Shown here: in pieces, positions 16,214 through 25,757 of the stretch
How the letters are laid out: every line of letters starts with the position of its first letter
Numbering within the stretch: the first letter of the stretch is position 1
Source: Spirochaetia bacterium
GTDB taxonomy: Bacteria > Spirochaetota > Spirochaetia > PWKH01
Length of the DNA stretch: 48,080 bases
Reading direction: 5' to 3'
Assembly (NCBI GenBank): GCA_007116075.1
Contig: SKJE01000011.1
Location: forward strand, 1 to 48,080
Notes under the pieces: model-generated
The model's database searches: none
What the model was told of the DNA's origin: nothing
What the model saw: the letters and a program-made list of their open reading frames with translations, nothing else
Position numbers and translations under genes: made by a program

Positions 16214-18123
16214 AGCGCGTGCACCTGGTACTTGGACTGCCGGCATTACTGCTGTGCGGTCTGCTGCTGGTTTTTCCTGCACTTCATGCACTGGGATATT
16301 CCCTTCACGGCTGGAATCTTGACGGATACCGATTTGCCCTTCAGGACAGGGGATTCTCCTTCAGTCTGGTGATTACCCTGCTCTGGACCGGGGCCAATAC
16401 GCTGTCAGTACTTTGGCTCGGGCTTCATGGGGCCGTGTTTGCCCTTGAACACCCTAGATGGAGCCGACCGCTGTTTTTCCTGCTGTTTCTTCCCTGGGTG
16501 ATTCCAGTATATATTGCTGCACCCCTCGCACGGGGCGTATTATACGGAGGGGGAGGGACTTCGCTGGCTGCATGGCTGACGGGTTTTGACATACCCTTCA
16601 CCACTAATGCCTCAGCGGGTTTTACTGCCGCCCTGGTAGTGAGTCTCTGGCTGCGTCTTCCCGCTGTTCTCTTTATCATATACGGAAGCCTGAAGAAGAT
16701 TTCAAGGGATCTGGTAGAGGCGTCCCATGTTGACGGATGCACCCGGTATCATCGAATCCGGGAAATCTATCTGCCGGGAACAGCTTCTGCACTCCGCGCA
16801 GGAGGGTTTCTTACTGCACTTTCAGGGTTCACTGAATTTAGTCTGCTGTTTCTCCTCACCGGTGGAGGTCCCCCGATGGTTTCCGGAATTACTGACCGGT
16901 ATATTATCGGGGCAACAACTACGGTGGGAGTATTCCTCTACCGGGTGTTCCAGGGGATCTATGACTACCGGGTGACAGCATCGGTGGGGACCCTGACCGT
17001 CTTCGGAGTTGTGGTACTGCTGATGTTATGGAATGCTTCAAGCCGGGAGGGGGAACAGCGCAGGCGAATGCTATTGATGATTACTGCAGTGGTACACATG
17101 GTCTCCTTTGGTTCCTGGGTCCAGATTTTTGCAGTCGGCTTCCTGGTGAGCCTGAGATTCCCGAAACTTTTTTTACCCCTGGTGGTCCTGGAAACTGCAG
17201 TATTGGGGTATGTGGTTTATCTGTCGGGTGTCCTTGCAGGTCTAGCCCCGGCAGCCCTCATATCCTTGGCTGCCGGCATACTGCTATCTGACCATCCGCC
17301 CCTACTTGCACGGTGGCATCACGCTGCGGTGGGTTTGATGGCAGTGGTGCTTGCCAGTCTGTCTGCTCTGCTGATGCTGATGCTGCTCCGACTGACCATA
17401 TCCGGAGCAGGTATCATTTCAGTGCAGACACTGCTCCCTGCGTATCCGTCACTAGAGGCCTACCGGCGGGTGCTCACAGACATACAGGTATGGCGGAGTA
17501 TCGGGAATTCCCTCACCATAGCCCTGGGCAGTTCCCTCCTGCTGCTTATGGTGCTGCTTCCGGCGTATACCCTGGCGGCCCTGGTCTCCAGGAAGTCACG
17601 CCAGCGGGCCGTTGCCATTGCCCATACGGTCCAGTCCTCGGGAGGAATTCATACCCTCATTCCGCTGTTTTTCCTGTTCACACCCCTCGCTCTTATTGAT
17701 ACCAGGATGTCTGTCATGCTTGTCTGCGCTGCCGGAGCCGTAGCCCCGGCACTTATGATCAGCAGTTCATATCTGGAGGGTCATCCCGATTCACTTCGGG
17801 AAGCGGCGGAACTCGAGGGGGCCGGACTCATCCAGTGGGCCAGATGGATACTCCTGCCGCTCTCAATACCAGTACTTGCAGTATCGGCGGTGCTCGCTTT
17901 CCTGAGGGGGTACAATACCTTCCTCGTACCGCTGCTGATGCTTCAGCGGGAGGAACTCTATCCGGTAAGCTTGAGAATATACCAGTTTGCAGGTGACCCA
18001 TCAGGTGCCCAGGCTGACTGGTCCGGTTTCGGGGTGCTCGCACTGGTGCATCTTGTGACAGCCTCTGCTGTGATGTGGAAGGTGTCCAGGTATTTCGGGC
18101 ATACTGCCCTGGGTGACCACTAA
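16210..18123 (+). CDS. Fused double ABC permease (MalF-MalG-like, CUT1)
   Basis: Highly hydrophobic; two EAA loops (LVEASHVDGC, LREAAELEGA), LPWVIP, LLTGGGP. Confidence 0.85.
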   Translation: MKRVHLVLGLPALLLCGLLLVFPALHALGYSLHGWNLDGYRFALQDRGFSFSLVITLLWTGANTLSVLWLGLHGAVFALEHPRWSRPLFFLLFLPWVIPVYIAAPLARGVLYGGGGTSLAAWLTGFDIPFTTNASAGFTAALVVSLWLRLPAVLFIIYGSLKKISRDLVEASHVDGCTRYHRIREIYLPGTASALRAGGFLTALSGFTEFSLLFLLTGGGPPMVSGITDRYIIGATTTVGVFLYRVFQGIYDYRVTASVGTLTVFGVVVLLMLWNASSREGEQRRRMLLMITAVVHMVSFGSWVQIFAVGFLVSLRFPKLFLPLVVLETAVLGYVVYLSGVLAGLAPAALISLAAGILLSDHPPLLARWHHAAVGLMAVVLASLSALLMLMLLRLTISGAGIISVQTLLPAYPSLEAYRRVLTDIQVWRSIGNSLTIALGSSLLLLMVLLPAYTLAALVSRKSRQRAVAIAHTVQSSGGIHTLIPLFFLFTPLALIDTRMSVMLVCAAGAVAPALMISSSYLEGHPDSLREAAELEGAGLIQWARWILLPLSIPVLAVSAVLAFLRGYNTFLVPLLMLQREELYPVSLRIYQFAGDPSGAQADWSGFGVLALVHLVTASAVMWKVSRYFGHTALGDH

Positions 18124-20165
18124 CGGATATCGAAGACGAACAGGGCGTGCTGGGAAGCAGATATTGCGTACAGGTAATTCCCGGCAGGATCGATATGAAG
18201 CTGGTGGATCGGTGCACAGGGGGTGAAAGAGAGAAACTCCACACTGCCGTCGGGATTGATGTCGAATGCGGTAATACCCCGGGATGTGACGCTGCCGACA
18301 TAGAGCTTTTCCCTCCATGGATCCGTCACGACGCTCCGGAGTCCGGCCATGCGGCAGGAGTCGAAATCATCCTGTTTTATCCGGTAGCCATAATGGAATT
18401 CCTGTTGATCATAACTGAAACGGCAGAGGAAGTTATTGGATGTAGTGAAAAGGGTGCCGTCGTGGTAGAAATGGGCATTATTTACTTGGCTGATACCCAT
18501 AGTCCCGTCTGTGGAGTAGCTGAAGGACTGGATGGGATCAAGAGCCCCTGCTCTATCGATTGAGAAGAGCTGCAGCGAGCTGTTGTTCCTATTAGTTGAT
18601 GCAAGGTGGGTTCCCGCAGGATTGATTGCCATTTTTCTCGGAGAGGAGAGGCCGGGGCTCAATGCTGATGCTTGGACACCCCCCAGATTGAGCCGGATCC
18701 CGTCCCATATAAGATGGTAGATCACATCATTACCCTGATCACTTACATAGATATGTGAGCTCTTCGGGGATATGACCACATCCGATAGCAGGTCAAAGGG
18801 TTCCATGCCGGCGCCGGGGCTGCCGGAGCGTACGGCACTGTGGAGGTATGTCCCGCTGTCATAGCAGTAGCTGAATATATTGACTGACCGGTCGTACTCT
18901 GAGAGGGTGCAGATAAAGGATCCGTCGGGGGCTGCATCAACGGCCTTTACACCGTGCAATGGAGCCCCCGACGAACCCTCAATGGTATAGAGCAGTTCCA
19001 GCAGGCCGTCATGACGGGGGACAAAGACCTGCAGCAGGTCTCCGGACTTTGATGCAGTAATCACTTCTCCCCGGGATGTCACCGTGAAGTCTGAGACATT
19101 TCGCAGGATAGCCTGATCATGCCCATCCTCAATGACCTGGATCAGCATAAGGTCTTCTGTAAGTTCGTAGTCCAGTGCCTCAAAGGAGAGCGATGCGGAA
19201 GCGATGCTGCCCTGCTGCGGGGTATATGCAATCACGTCCATCCGGTGAATTCCTGCATCCGGGGAGATAATCTCCCTGGCATCCCCGGTAGTCTTCCGGA
19301 TGATCTGCCCGTTGAGGTACCATTCAAGGGTGAGGGATGCAATATCGGTACCGTCGGGATCGTCGAGCAGGTAGGTGAATTCAATAGGGATGTGTTCATA
19401 GATAATATAGGGGTCACCGGCTATAGAGCCGGTAACCCGCTGAGTGGTGTCGATGAACAGCAGATCTGGATTCACTTCTGTCAAGTGGGTGGTGATATCG
19501 GGAATATTGAGATTGAGGGTGGTCCCTGGATAGACAGTTGCCTCAAATACTGCTGTACCGCATGAATCATAGTTTTCATCGAACAGTTCGACCTGGAATA
19601 CATAGTCTCCTGCAGCGATAGTGTCTGTATAGATCCCTCCGGCTGTCCCGATAGTAAGGTTTTTCACATCGGGCTGATCATTACTTCCCGCTTCCCGGAG
19701 GGTAACTTCTCCCTGCATGATCTTGATATCCTGGTCATTCCAGGATACCGATAACTGCAGGGTACCGTCACCCTCGGCCGGTTCAAGCTCAAGCGCAATA
19801 GAATCGGTATGCTTGTCTATGTGGACAGTACGCTCTCCGGAGATCAGAACAGTTCCTGCACTATTGAGTCCCTCGGCGCTGAATGTCCACTCCCCTGCAT
19901 AGATCTCCTTGAGTTCGGTGGAACTCGATGAGCTGGTCAGCGTAAAGGAGCTGCTGCGGGGGCCTGAGCAAGTGAGACTGTATTCCGTAATCTCAGGTTC
20001 CGGTTCGTAGGTGCTCATAACGGATGATGTCCGTGGAGCACCAAGGGGAGACGTAAAATTGAGCACCAGGTGAACCGTGTCGGGCAGTTGGTCCCGGCAG
20101 CCGAAGCTGACTAGCAGAAGTGCCAGCAAGAAAACCGGGAGACTAAGCATCTGGTATTTCTTCAT
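18120..20165 (-). CDS. Lipoprotein with Ig-like N-terminal region and C-terminal lactonase-like beta-propeller
   Basis: MKKYQ start after GGAGG, lipobox-like VSFGC; propeller-type repeats (AAPDGSFI, ISPKSSHIYV, INPAGTHL, IDPAGNYLY). Confidence 0.7.
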   Translation of the reverse strand: MKKYQMLSLPVFLLALLLVSFGCRDQLPDTVHLVLNFTSPLGAPRTSSVMSTYEPEPEITEYSLTCSGPRSSSFTLTSSSSSTELKEIYAGEWTFSAEGLNSAGTVLISGERTVHIDKHTDSIALELEPAEGDGTLQLSVSWNDQDIKIMQGEVTLREAGSNDQPDVKNLTIGTAGGIYTDTIAAGDYVFQVELFDENYDSCGTAVFEATVYPGTTLNLNIPDITTHLTEVNPDLLFIDTTQRVTGSIAGDPYIIYEHIPIEFTYLLDDPDGTDIASLTLEWYLNGQIIRKTTGDAREIISPDAGIHRMDVIAYTPQQGSIASASLSFEALDYELTEDLMLIQVIEDGHDQAILRNVSDFTVTSRGEVITASKSGDLLQVFVPRHDGLLELLYTIEGSSGAPLHGVKAVDAAPDGSFICTLSEYDRSVNIFSYCYDSGTYLHSAVRSGSPGAGMEPFDLLSDVVISPKSSHIYVSDQGNDVIYHLIWDGIRLNLGGVQASALSPGLSSPRKMAINPAGTHLASTNRNNSSLQLFSIDRAGALDPIQSFSYSTDGTMGISQVNNAHFYHDGTLFTTSNNFLCRFSYDQQEFHYGYRIKQDDFDSCRMAGLRSVVTDPWREKLYVGSVTSRGITAFDINPDGSVEFLSFTPCAPIHQLHIDPAGNYLYAISASQHALFVFDIR

Positions 20166-20249
20166 ATATTTCCTCCTTTTGCACAACAAGGAGGTGATCA
20201 GTCTATCAGTTGATTCAATTGTTCAGGATTATATGGCATACTCCTACAT

Positions 20250-21095
20250 ATGGTATCTGTAATTATTCCGGTATACAATCGTCGTGAGCTTGTGCTGCAG
20301 GCAGTCTCATCGGTTCTTGGACAAAGTTGGGGTGATCTTGAAATCATCCTGGCAGATGACGGATCGACAGACGGTCTGGATGAAGCAGTTATTCCCTACT
20401 GCCGTGACCACCGTCTGAGGTATATCCCTCTGGAACATCACGGATATCCCGGTGCAGTGCGAAACCGTGGTGCTGAACATGCCCGGGGAGACTGGATTGC
20501 CTTTCTCGATTCTGATGATCTCTGGCTGCCGGAGAAGCTCCAGCACCAGATGGAACTGAGCATGACCCGGCCGGAGCTTCAGTGTATTCACTGCACTGAA
20601 ATATGGCTGCGCGGAGAGCAGGTAATCAGCCAGCGGACCCAGCGGCACCGGAGAGAGGGATATCTCTTTTCTGATTCCCTGAAAAAGTGCATCATCGGAC
20701 CTTCAACAGTAATAATCCGCCGAAACCTCTATGAATTGCTGGACGGATTCCGGGAGGATATGGTGGTGGCGGAGGATTACGAGCTCTGGCTTCGCCTTAC
20801 CGCCAGGGAGGAGGTGGGGTATGTCCACCAGCCCTTAGTGGTAAAACGTGCAGGCTACGGGGGGGATCAGCTGTCGGAGCGGTACGGCCAGATTGAAGTG
20901 TTCAGGATCCAGGGACTGCTGGATCTTCTGAACACTGGATGGCTTAAGGAGCGTCCCGGGAAGCGGGAGGAGGCCTGCCGGGAACTGGCAAGAAAATGCC
21001 TGATCTATGCAGGCGGTGCCAGGAAACGGGGACATGAGCAGGAAGCCGGACACTATGAATCTATTGCCCGGGAGTTCAGTGCGGCCTCTTCGTAG
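20250..21095 (+). CDS. Glycosyltransferase family 2
   Basis: VSVIIPVYN, DDGSTD, RNRG, FLDSDD, EDYELWLR. Confidence 0.92.
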   Translation: MVSVIIPVYNRRELVLQAVSSVLGQSWGDLEIILADDGSTDGLDEAVIPYCRDHRLRYIPLEHHGYPGAVRNRGAEHARGDWIAFLDSDDLWLPEKLQHQMELSMTRPELQCIHCTEIWLRGEQVISQRTQRHRREGYLFSDSLKKCIIGPSTVIIRRNLYELLDGFREDMVVAEDYELWLRLTAREEVGYVHQPLVVKRAGYGGDQLSERYGQIEVFRIQGLLDLLNTGWLKERPGKREEACRELARKCLIYAGGARKRGHEQEAGHYESIAREFSAASS

Positions 21096-21910
21096 ACAAC
21101 ATCAGCCAGATCTTTCCGGCCCAGGGCATAGCGCAGCAGTGCCCTGAGATATCCCTGGGGAGATCCAATATCAAGGCGCTCACCGGAAATCCTTCGGTGA
21201 ACCACCCTGCGCCTGTCCATGAGCTGCTTCAGTGCATAGATATGGTAGTACTCTCCTTCCGCTGTATCATGGCTCCGCCAGCCCTCTTCAAGGAGCGGGA
21301 AGATATCAGGGGTGTAGAGATATCGGCCGATGCTCGCCTCCCGGCTGGGTTCGCTGCCCTTCGGGGGTTTTTCAATGATATTCTCTACATGGATGCCGTC
21401 ATCGGCCAGGTCGAGCACTCCGTAGCGCTGCAGCTGGGGAGGATCATGGAGGGATGCAAGAACCGTACAGCCGGTCTGCTGGTAGGCTTCTATGAGTTGG
21501 GCTGACAGTGATGGAGTTCCAAAGTGGATATCATCGGGGTATGCGCAGATGAACGGCTCATCTCCCATAAGACTGCGTGCCTGGAGCAGTGCGTGCCCGG
21601 TTCCCAGCATCTCCTGCTGCCGGATAAAGGATACCCTGACCTTCGGCGGGATGATCTGCATGAGTTTTTCCCTGTTTCCCTCTTTCTCAAAGAGTCCCTC
21701 AAGTTCGACATCCCGGTCAAAGAAGTCCTCAAGGCTCTTTTTCCTCCTTGAGGTGACGATGACAATGTCCTCAATACCCGCACTGATAAACTCGTCAATG
21801 ACAAAGGAGATGCTTGGAGTGTCGATCAGGGGAAGCATCTCCTTGGGCACAGTTTTTGTTACAGGAAGAAATCGGGTTCCATATCCGGCGGCGATGATAA
21901 GTCCTTTCAT
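21053..21910 (-). CDS. galU: UTP--glucose-1-phosphate uridylyltransferase
   Basis: AAGYGTRFLPVTKTVPKEMLP, GTGHA, IIEKP, IGRY. Confidence 0.9.
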   Translation of the reverse strand: MKGLIIAAGYGTRFLPVTKTVPKEMLPLIDTPSISFVIDEFISAGIEDIVIVTSRRKKSLEDFFDRDVELEGLFEKEGNREKLMQIIPPKVRVSFIRQQEMLGTGHALLQARSLMGDEPFICAYPDDIHFGTPSLSAQLIEAYQQTGCTVLASLHDPPQLQRYGVLDLADDGIHVENIIEKPPKGSEPSREASIGRYLYTPDIFPLLEEGWRSHDTAEGEYYHIYALKQLMDRRRVVHRRISGERLDIGSPQGYLRALLRYALGRKDLADVVYEEAALNSRAIDS

Positions 21911-21987
21911 GGGCAGCTCCTTTATACGATTATCATAGGTGAGGGCAATATATTTTTCAAGTAGAATATCCCATGGTACAATGATGT

Positions 21988-23589
21988 ATGAAGTATACCG
22001 TCATTTCGTTGTCCGGAGCCTACCGGGAAACCGGAAGCCGGCTCCCCAAACTTCCCTCCTCCGGTGAACACCGGGAATTTCGGCTTGACAGGTTTATTGA
22101 ACAGGTTGATCGGCTGCTGAAGAGACGAAAACTTCCTGTCCTAGTCGTATACCGGAGGGCAGATTTTCATCTTCCCCCCTTCGGGGCAATGGAGGAACTG
22201 TATTACCAGCTGGGACGGCTCGCCCAGAGGGGGGGAGAACTCTGGTACTACGCTGATTCCTATCGCATGATCGACTGCTATCTTTCATCACAGTGCAGCT
22301 GCCGCTGTATTAACTACCTTGGTACAGTTACCTTTCGGGGAGCAGCCAAGTCGGGTCTGTTCTTCACAAAAGCATTCGCTTCACAGGGCATCGGCGTGAA
22401 GGTTATTCGTCAGGGAGAGTATAAGAGTGCCGGAGCCCCCTTCACCGAAGAACAGTTTGACCAATATGATCGGGAGCAGTGGGAGACGCTGCTGCGCTGC
22501 AGTGTAGATCATATTGCACAACGAACCGCTGCAGGGAAAGGCTTCTCCCAGGAGCTGATTGATGAACTGCTGTCGGGAGTGCAGTTAACCGCGGAACAGG
22601 CGGTACAGCGGGAGGTCATTGAGAGAATAACAACCTTCGGGGAGCTTTGTTCCTACTGGAAGGGAGAGAAGCTGGGAAAGAGGCCCCTGCCGAAACCGCG
22701 GGGAACATGGGGCTGGAACTGGAGGGGCCGAAGTGTGGCCCTGCTTTTTCTTGAGGGAGCTGTTATGGATGGTAAGGACAGAAACAGCCCTCTGCTCGGA
22801 CAGGTGCTTGGGGACGAACCTCTCGTGAAGACCATCAGCGAACTGGCCGGGCGTTCACGGATCAAGGCTGTAGTGCTACGGATAAACTCGGGAGGTGGTT
22901 CAGCAATTGCGCATGAGAATATCCTCAAGGCCTTAGAGATGCTGGCAAGGAAGAAGCCCCTTGTGATATCCATGGGACCTGTAGCCGCAAGCGGCGGATA
23001 CTGGATTGCCCATGCAGGACGGAGCGTGCTGGCAGGAGAAACCACTGTTACCGGATCAATCGGGGTGGTTGGACTGTTCTTCACCATCCACAGGTTTCTC
23101 CAATCCCGGGGCATCACTGTAGATATGATTAAAAAGGGCGATTTCTCCGATGAGGGCAGTGTGCTGCGTGATATGAATGAAGCTGAGGTGAGCGATATTG
23201 AAACTTCCATACGCCAGGTGTATCGGACCTTTGTCCGAAGGACCGCAGCAGCACGATCTATGTCCGAAAACCAGGTAGAAGAGGTTGCCCGGGGAAGAGT
23301 GTGGTGCGGGAGGGATGCATTAGACCAGGGACTCATAGACGAGATCGGCACCTTATCCCGGGCATTGGAACTGGCCATGAGCGAAGCTGGGGGAGGAAGC
23401 TATAAGGTGAAGGTCTATCCGAAGAGGAAGCCTTCGCTGATCCAGAAGCTGCTGTTTTCGTCATCCTCCCAGGTGTTTAGGGATATCCGTCTTCTTGCCG
23501 GTGAAGCTGCTGCGGTTTCCGGAAAACCCCTGCTTCTGGACATTCACAGTCTGGAGTATACCCAGTCTCACTTGCCACTTGACATATGA
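21988..23589 (+). CDS. sppA: Signal peptide peptidase SppA (two S49 domains, no obvious N-terminal anchor)
   Basis: GEYKSA, LRINSGGGS, AASGGYW, TGSIGV, GRVW..GLID. Confidence 0.88.
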   Translation: MKYTVISLSGAYRETGSRLPKLPSSGEHREFRLDRFIEQVDRLLKRRKLPVLVVYRRADFHLPPFGAMEELYYQLGRLAQRGGELWYYADSYRMIDCYLSSQCSCRCINYLGTVTFRGAAKSGLFFTKAFASQGIGVKVIRQGEYKSAGAPFTEEQFDQYDREQWETLLRCSVDHIAQRTAAGKGFSQELIDELLSGVQLTAEQAVQREVIERITTFGELCSYWKGEKLGKRPLPKPRGTWGWNWRGRSVALLFLEGAVMDGKDRNSPLLGQVLGDEPLVKTISELAGRSRIKAVVLRINSGGGSAIAHENILKALEMLARKKPLVISMGPVAASGGYWIAHAGRSVLAGETTVTGSIGVVGLFFTIHRFLQSRGITVDMIKKGDFSDEGSVLRDMNEAEVSDIETSIRQVYRTFVRRTAAARSMSENQVEEVARGRVWCGRDALDQGLIDEIGTLSRALELAMSEAGGGSYKVKVYPKRKPSLIQKLLFSSSSQVFRDIRLLAGEAAAVSGKPLLLDIHSLEYTQSHLPLDI

Positions 23590-23634
23590 AAGTGATACAC
23601 TGTCCCTGCAGTATATGTACATTGGGGAGCAGGA

Positions 23635-24081
23635 ATGAAGCTGAAGCAAGTTCTTAATAAAGAGGTAGTTACCACTGACCTCCAGGGCAGCACCAAGCGG
23701 GAGATCATCGAGGAGCTGCTGGATATCTTGATGAATACGGGGAAGGTTGCAGACCGCAGCACCGCACTGAAGGATCTGCTTGACCGGGAGGCTAAGATGT
23801 CCACCGGCATACAGCATGGGGTGGCTATACCCCATGCCAAAACGAAGGCAGTTACTGGGCTTGTAGCCTGTATAGGGGTCCACCGGGAGGGCATGGACTT
23901 TGAATCCCTCGACGGAGTTCCCAGCACTATTTTTGTCATGACCCTTTCTCCGGAAAACCGAACCGGCCCTCATGTGCAGTTTCTTGCGGAGATCAGCATG
24001 GTACTTAAGTCCCCGCCAGTGCGCAGCGCCATCATGAAGGTAACCGACCCGGGAGAGCTGCTTGAGCTCTTTGGGGCGTAG
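23635..24081 (+). CDS. PTS EIIA component, fructose/Ntr-type
   Basis: REAKMSTGIQHGVAIPHA containing the phospho-His; FESLDG. Confidence 0.9.
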   Translation: MKLKQVLNKEVVTTDLQGSTKREIIEELLDILMNTGKVADRSTALKDLLDREAKMSTGIQHGVAIPHAKTKAVTGLVACIGVHREGMDFESLDGVPSTIFVMTLSPENRTGPHVQFLAEISMVLKSPPVRSAIMKVTDPGELLELFGA

Positions 24082-24092
24082 GAGCAAGTTCC

Positions 24093-25757
24093 GTGACCCA
24101 TCGAATGACCCTTTTGATCCTGCAGTTGGCATTCATCATCCTGGCGACCCGACTGTTCGGATGGATTGCTGCAAAGAAACTGAAGCAGCCGGAGGTGCTT
24201 GGGGAGATGGTGTCGGGCATGGTGATCGGTCCCTACCTACTGGGGGGGATTGCGATTCCCCTGCTCCATGGACCGCTGTTTCCCCTGCAGGACGGGCAGA
24301 TACCCGTTACTCCCGAACTCTACGGTATTGCAGTGCTCGGTTCGGTGATCCTGCTCTTTCTCTCCGGTCTCGAGACCGATGTGAAGACCTTCCTGAGATT
24401 CTCCGGCAAGGGTACCGCCGTCGGATTGGGCGGCGTCATATTGCCCTTCATCTTAGGAAGCAGCATTACAGTCCTGCTGCTTCCCAATGTGCATACAATA
24501 TTTGATCCCGCAGCTCTCTTCCTGGGTGTTGTCTCTACGGCAACTTCAGTCGGTATCACCGCACGTATCCTCAGTGATCAGCGAAAGCTCTCTTCTCCGG
24601 AAGGGGTGACTATTCTCTCTGCTGCCGTACTTGATGACGTGCTGAGCATTGTAATCCTGGCGGTGGCAGCCGGTCTAGCCGGAGTTGCCGGCACAGGAGG
24701 ATCGATCCCCTGGGGCGAGATTGGTGTGGTGGCGGCTAAGGCCTTCGGGTTCTGGATTGTATGCACCGCAGTTGGTATCTTCCTGGCCCCCCGCATTACC
24801 CGGGGGATGAAACGATTCCAGTCTGTCAGCATGACTGCTGCGGTGTCCCTGGGGCTGGCCTTGCTGCTGGCCGGACTGGCAGAGCTTTCAGGGCTGGCCA
24901 TGATTATCGGGGCATATATAACCGGTCTTGCCTTCTCCCAGACAGATGTCTCCCATGAAATCCATGAACGGGTTCAGGGATTGTATGAGTTCCTAGTACC
25001 GGTCTTTTTTTGCGTCATGGGTATGATGGTGAATTTTGCAGCCCTTACCCAGGTATGGGTATTCGGACTGGTCTTTGCACTGCTCGCCATGTTCGGGAAG
25101 GTGGTAGGTTCCGGTCTCCCTGCATTGCTGGTTGGGTTCAACCTGAGGGGAGCACTGAGAATCGGATCAGGCATGCTGCCCCGGGGAGAGGTGACCTTGA
25201 TTATTGCCGGTGTCGGGCTTTCCAGCGGCGCTATCGGCCAGGACCTCTTCGGGGTTGCGGTGATTACCATGCTGCTGGCTTCGGTAGTGGCTCCGCCAAC
25301 GCTGATTTTTTTCTTCAGTCGGGGCGGTTCCGGATATACCCGGAAACTGCCCGGGGACGGGGAGGATTCGGTCACCATTGAACTGGATTTTCCTGCGGAA
25401 CGAACTGCATTGTTCATGCTGAGGGAGGCGCTCAGTGCATTCCGTGCAGAGGGATACTACGTGCACCAGCCGGACAACCACAGAAGATTCTATACCCTGC
25501 GCCGGGAGGGGAGCGCTGTCTCTGTTCACCAGGATGGAGTGAATCTGGTCATAACCACAAGGCGGGATGAAGAGCAGTTTGTAAGATTGCTGATGATGGA
25601 GGAACTGCTTGGCCTCAAGGATTTTCTCTCCTCCCTTGAGGGAATGAAGAGTCCTGACATGATGGGAGCTGAGTTGATGATGGGCATGTTTGCCCTGGAG
25701 GATGCCCGGCTTGACCGGGAAGCTCAGCAGGACGAATCAGAGAGGGCCGAAACGTAG
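24093..25757 (+). CDS. CPA2-family cation:proton antiporter with C-terminal soluble domain
   Basis: GPYLLG, LFLSGLE, ATSVGIT, AAVLDD, GMLPRGEV; GTG start after AGGAG. Confidence 0.9.
   Translation: MTHRMTLLILQLAFIILATRLFGWIAAKKLKQPEVLGEMVSGMVIGPYLLGGIAIPLLHGPLFPLQDGQIPVTPELYGIAVLGSVILLFLSGLETDVKTFLRFSGKGTAVGLGGVILPFILGSSITVLLLPNVHTIFDPAALFLGVVSTATSVGITARILSDQRKLSSPEGVTILSAAVLDDVLSIVILAVAAGLAGVAGTGGSIPWGEIGVVAAKAFGFWIVCTAVGIFLAPRITRGMKRFQSVSMTAAVSLGLALLLAGLAELSGLAMIIGAYITGLAFSQTDVSHEIHERVQGLYEFLVPVFFCVMGMMVNFAALTQVWVFGLVFALLAMFGKVVGSGLPALLVGFNLRGALRIGSGMLPRGEVTLIIAGVGLSSGAIGQDLFGVAVITMLLASVVAPPTLIFFFSRGGSGYTRKLPGDGEDSVTIELDFPAERTALFMLREALSAFRAEGYYVHQPDNHRRFYTLRREGSAVSVHQDGVNLVITTRRDEEQFVRLLMMEELLGLKDFLSSLEGMKSPDMMGAELMMGMFALEDARLDREAQQDESERAET

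Noticed and set aside
14055-18123. Calling the operon modABC, wtpABC or tupABC
   Set aside because: The binding protein and permease have CUT1 (MalE/MalF/MalG) features and sizes, not those of oxyanion transporters.
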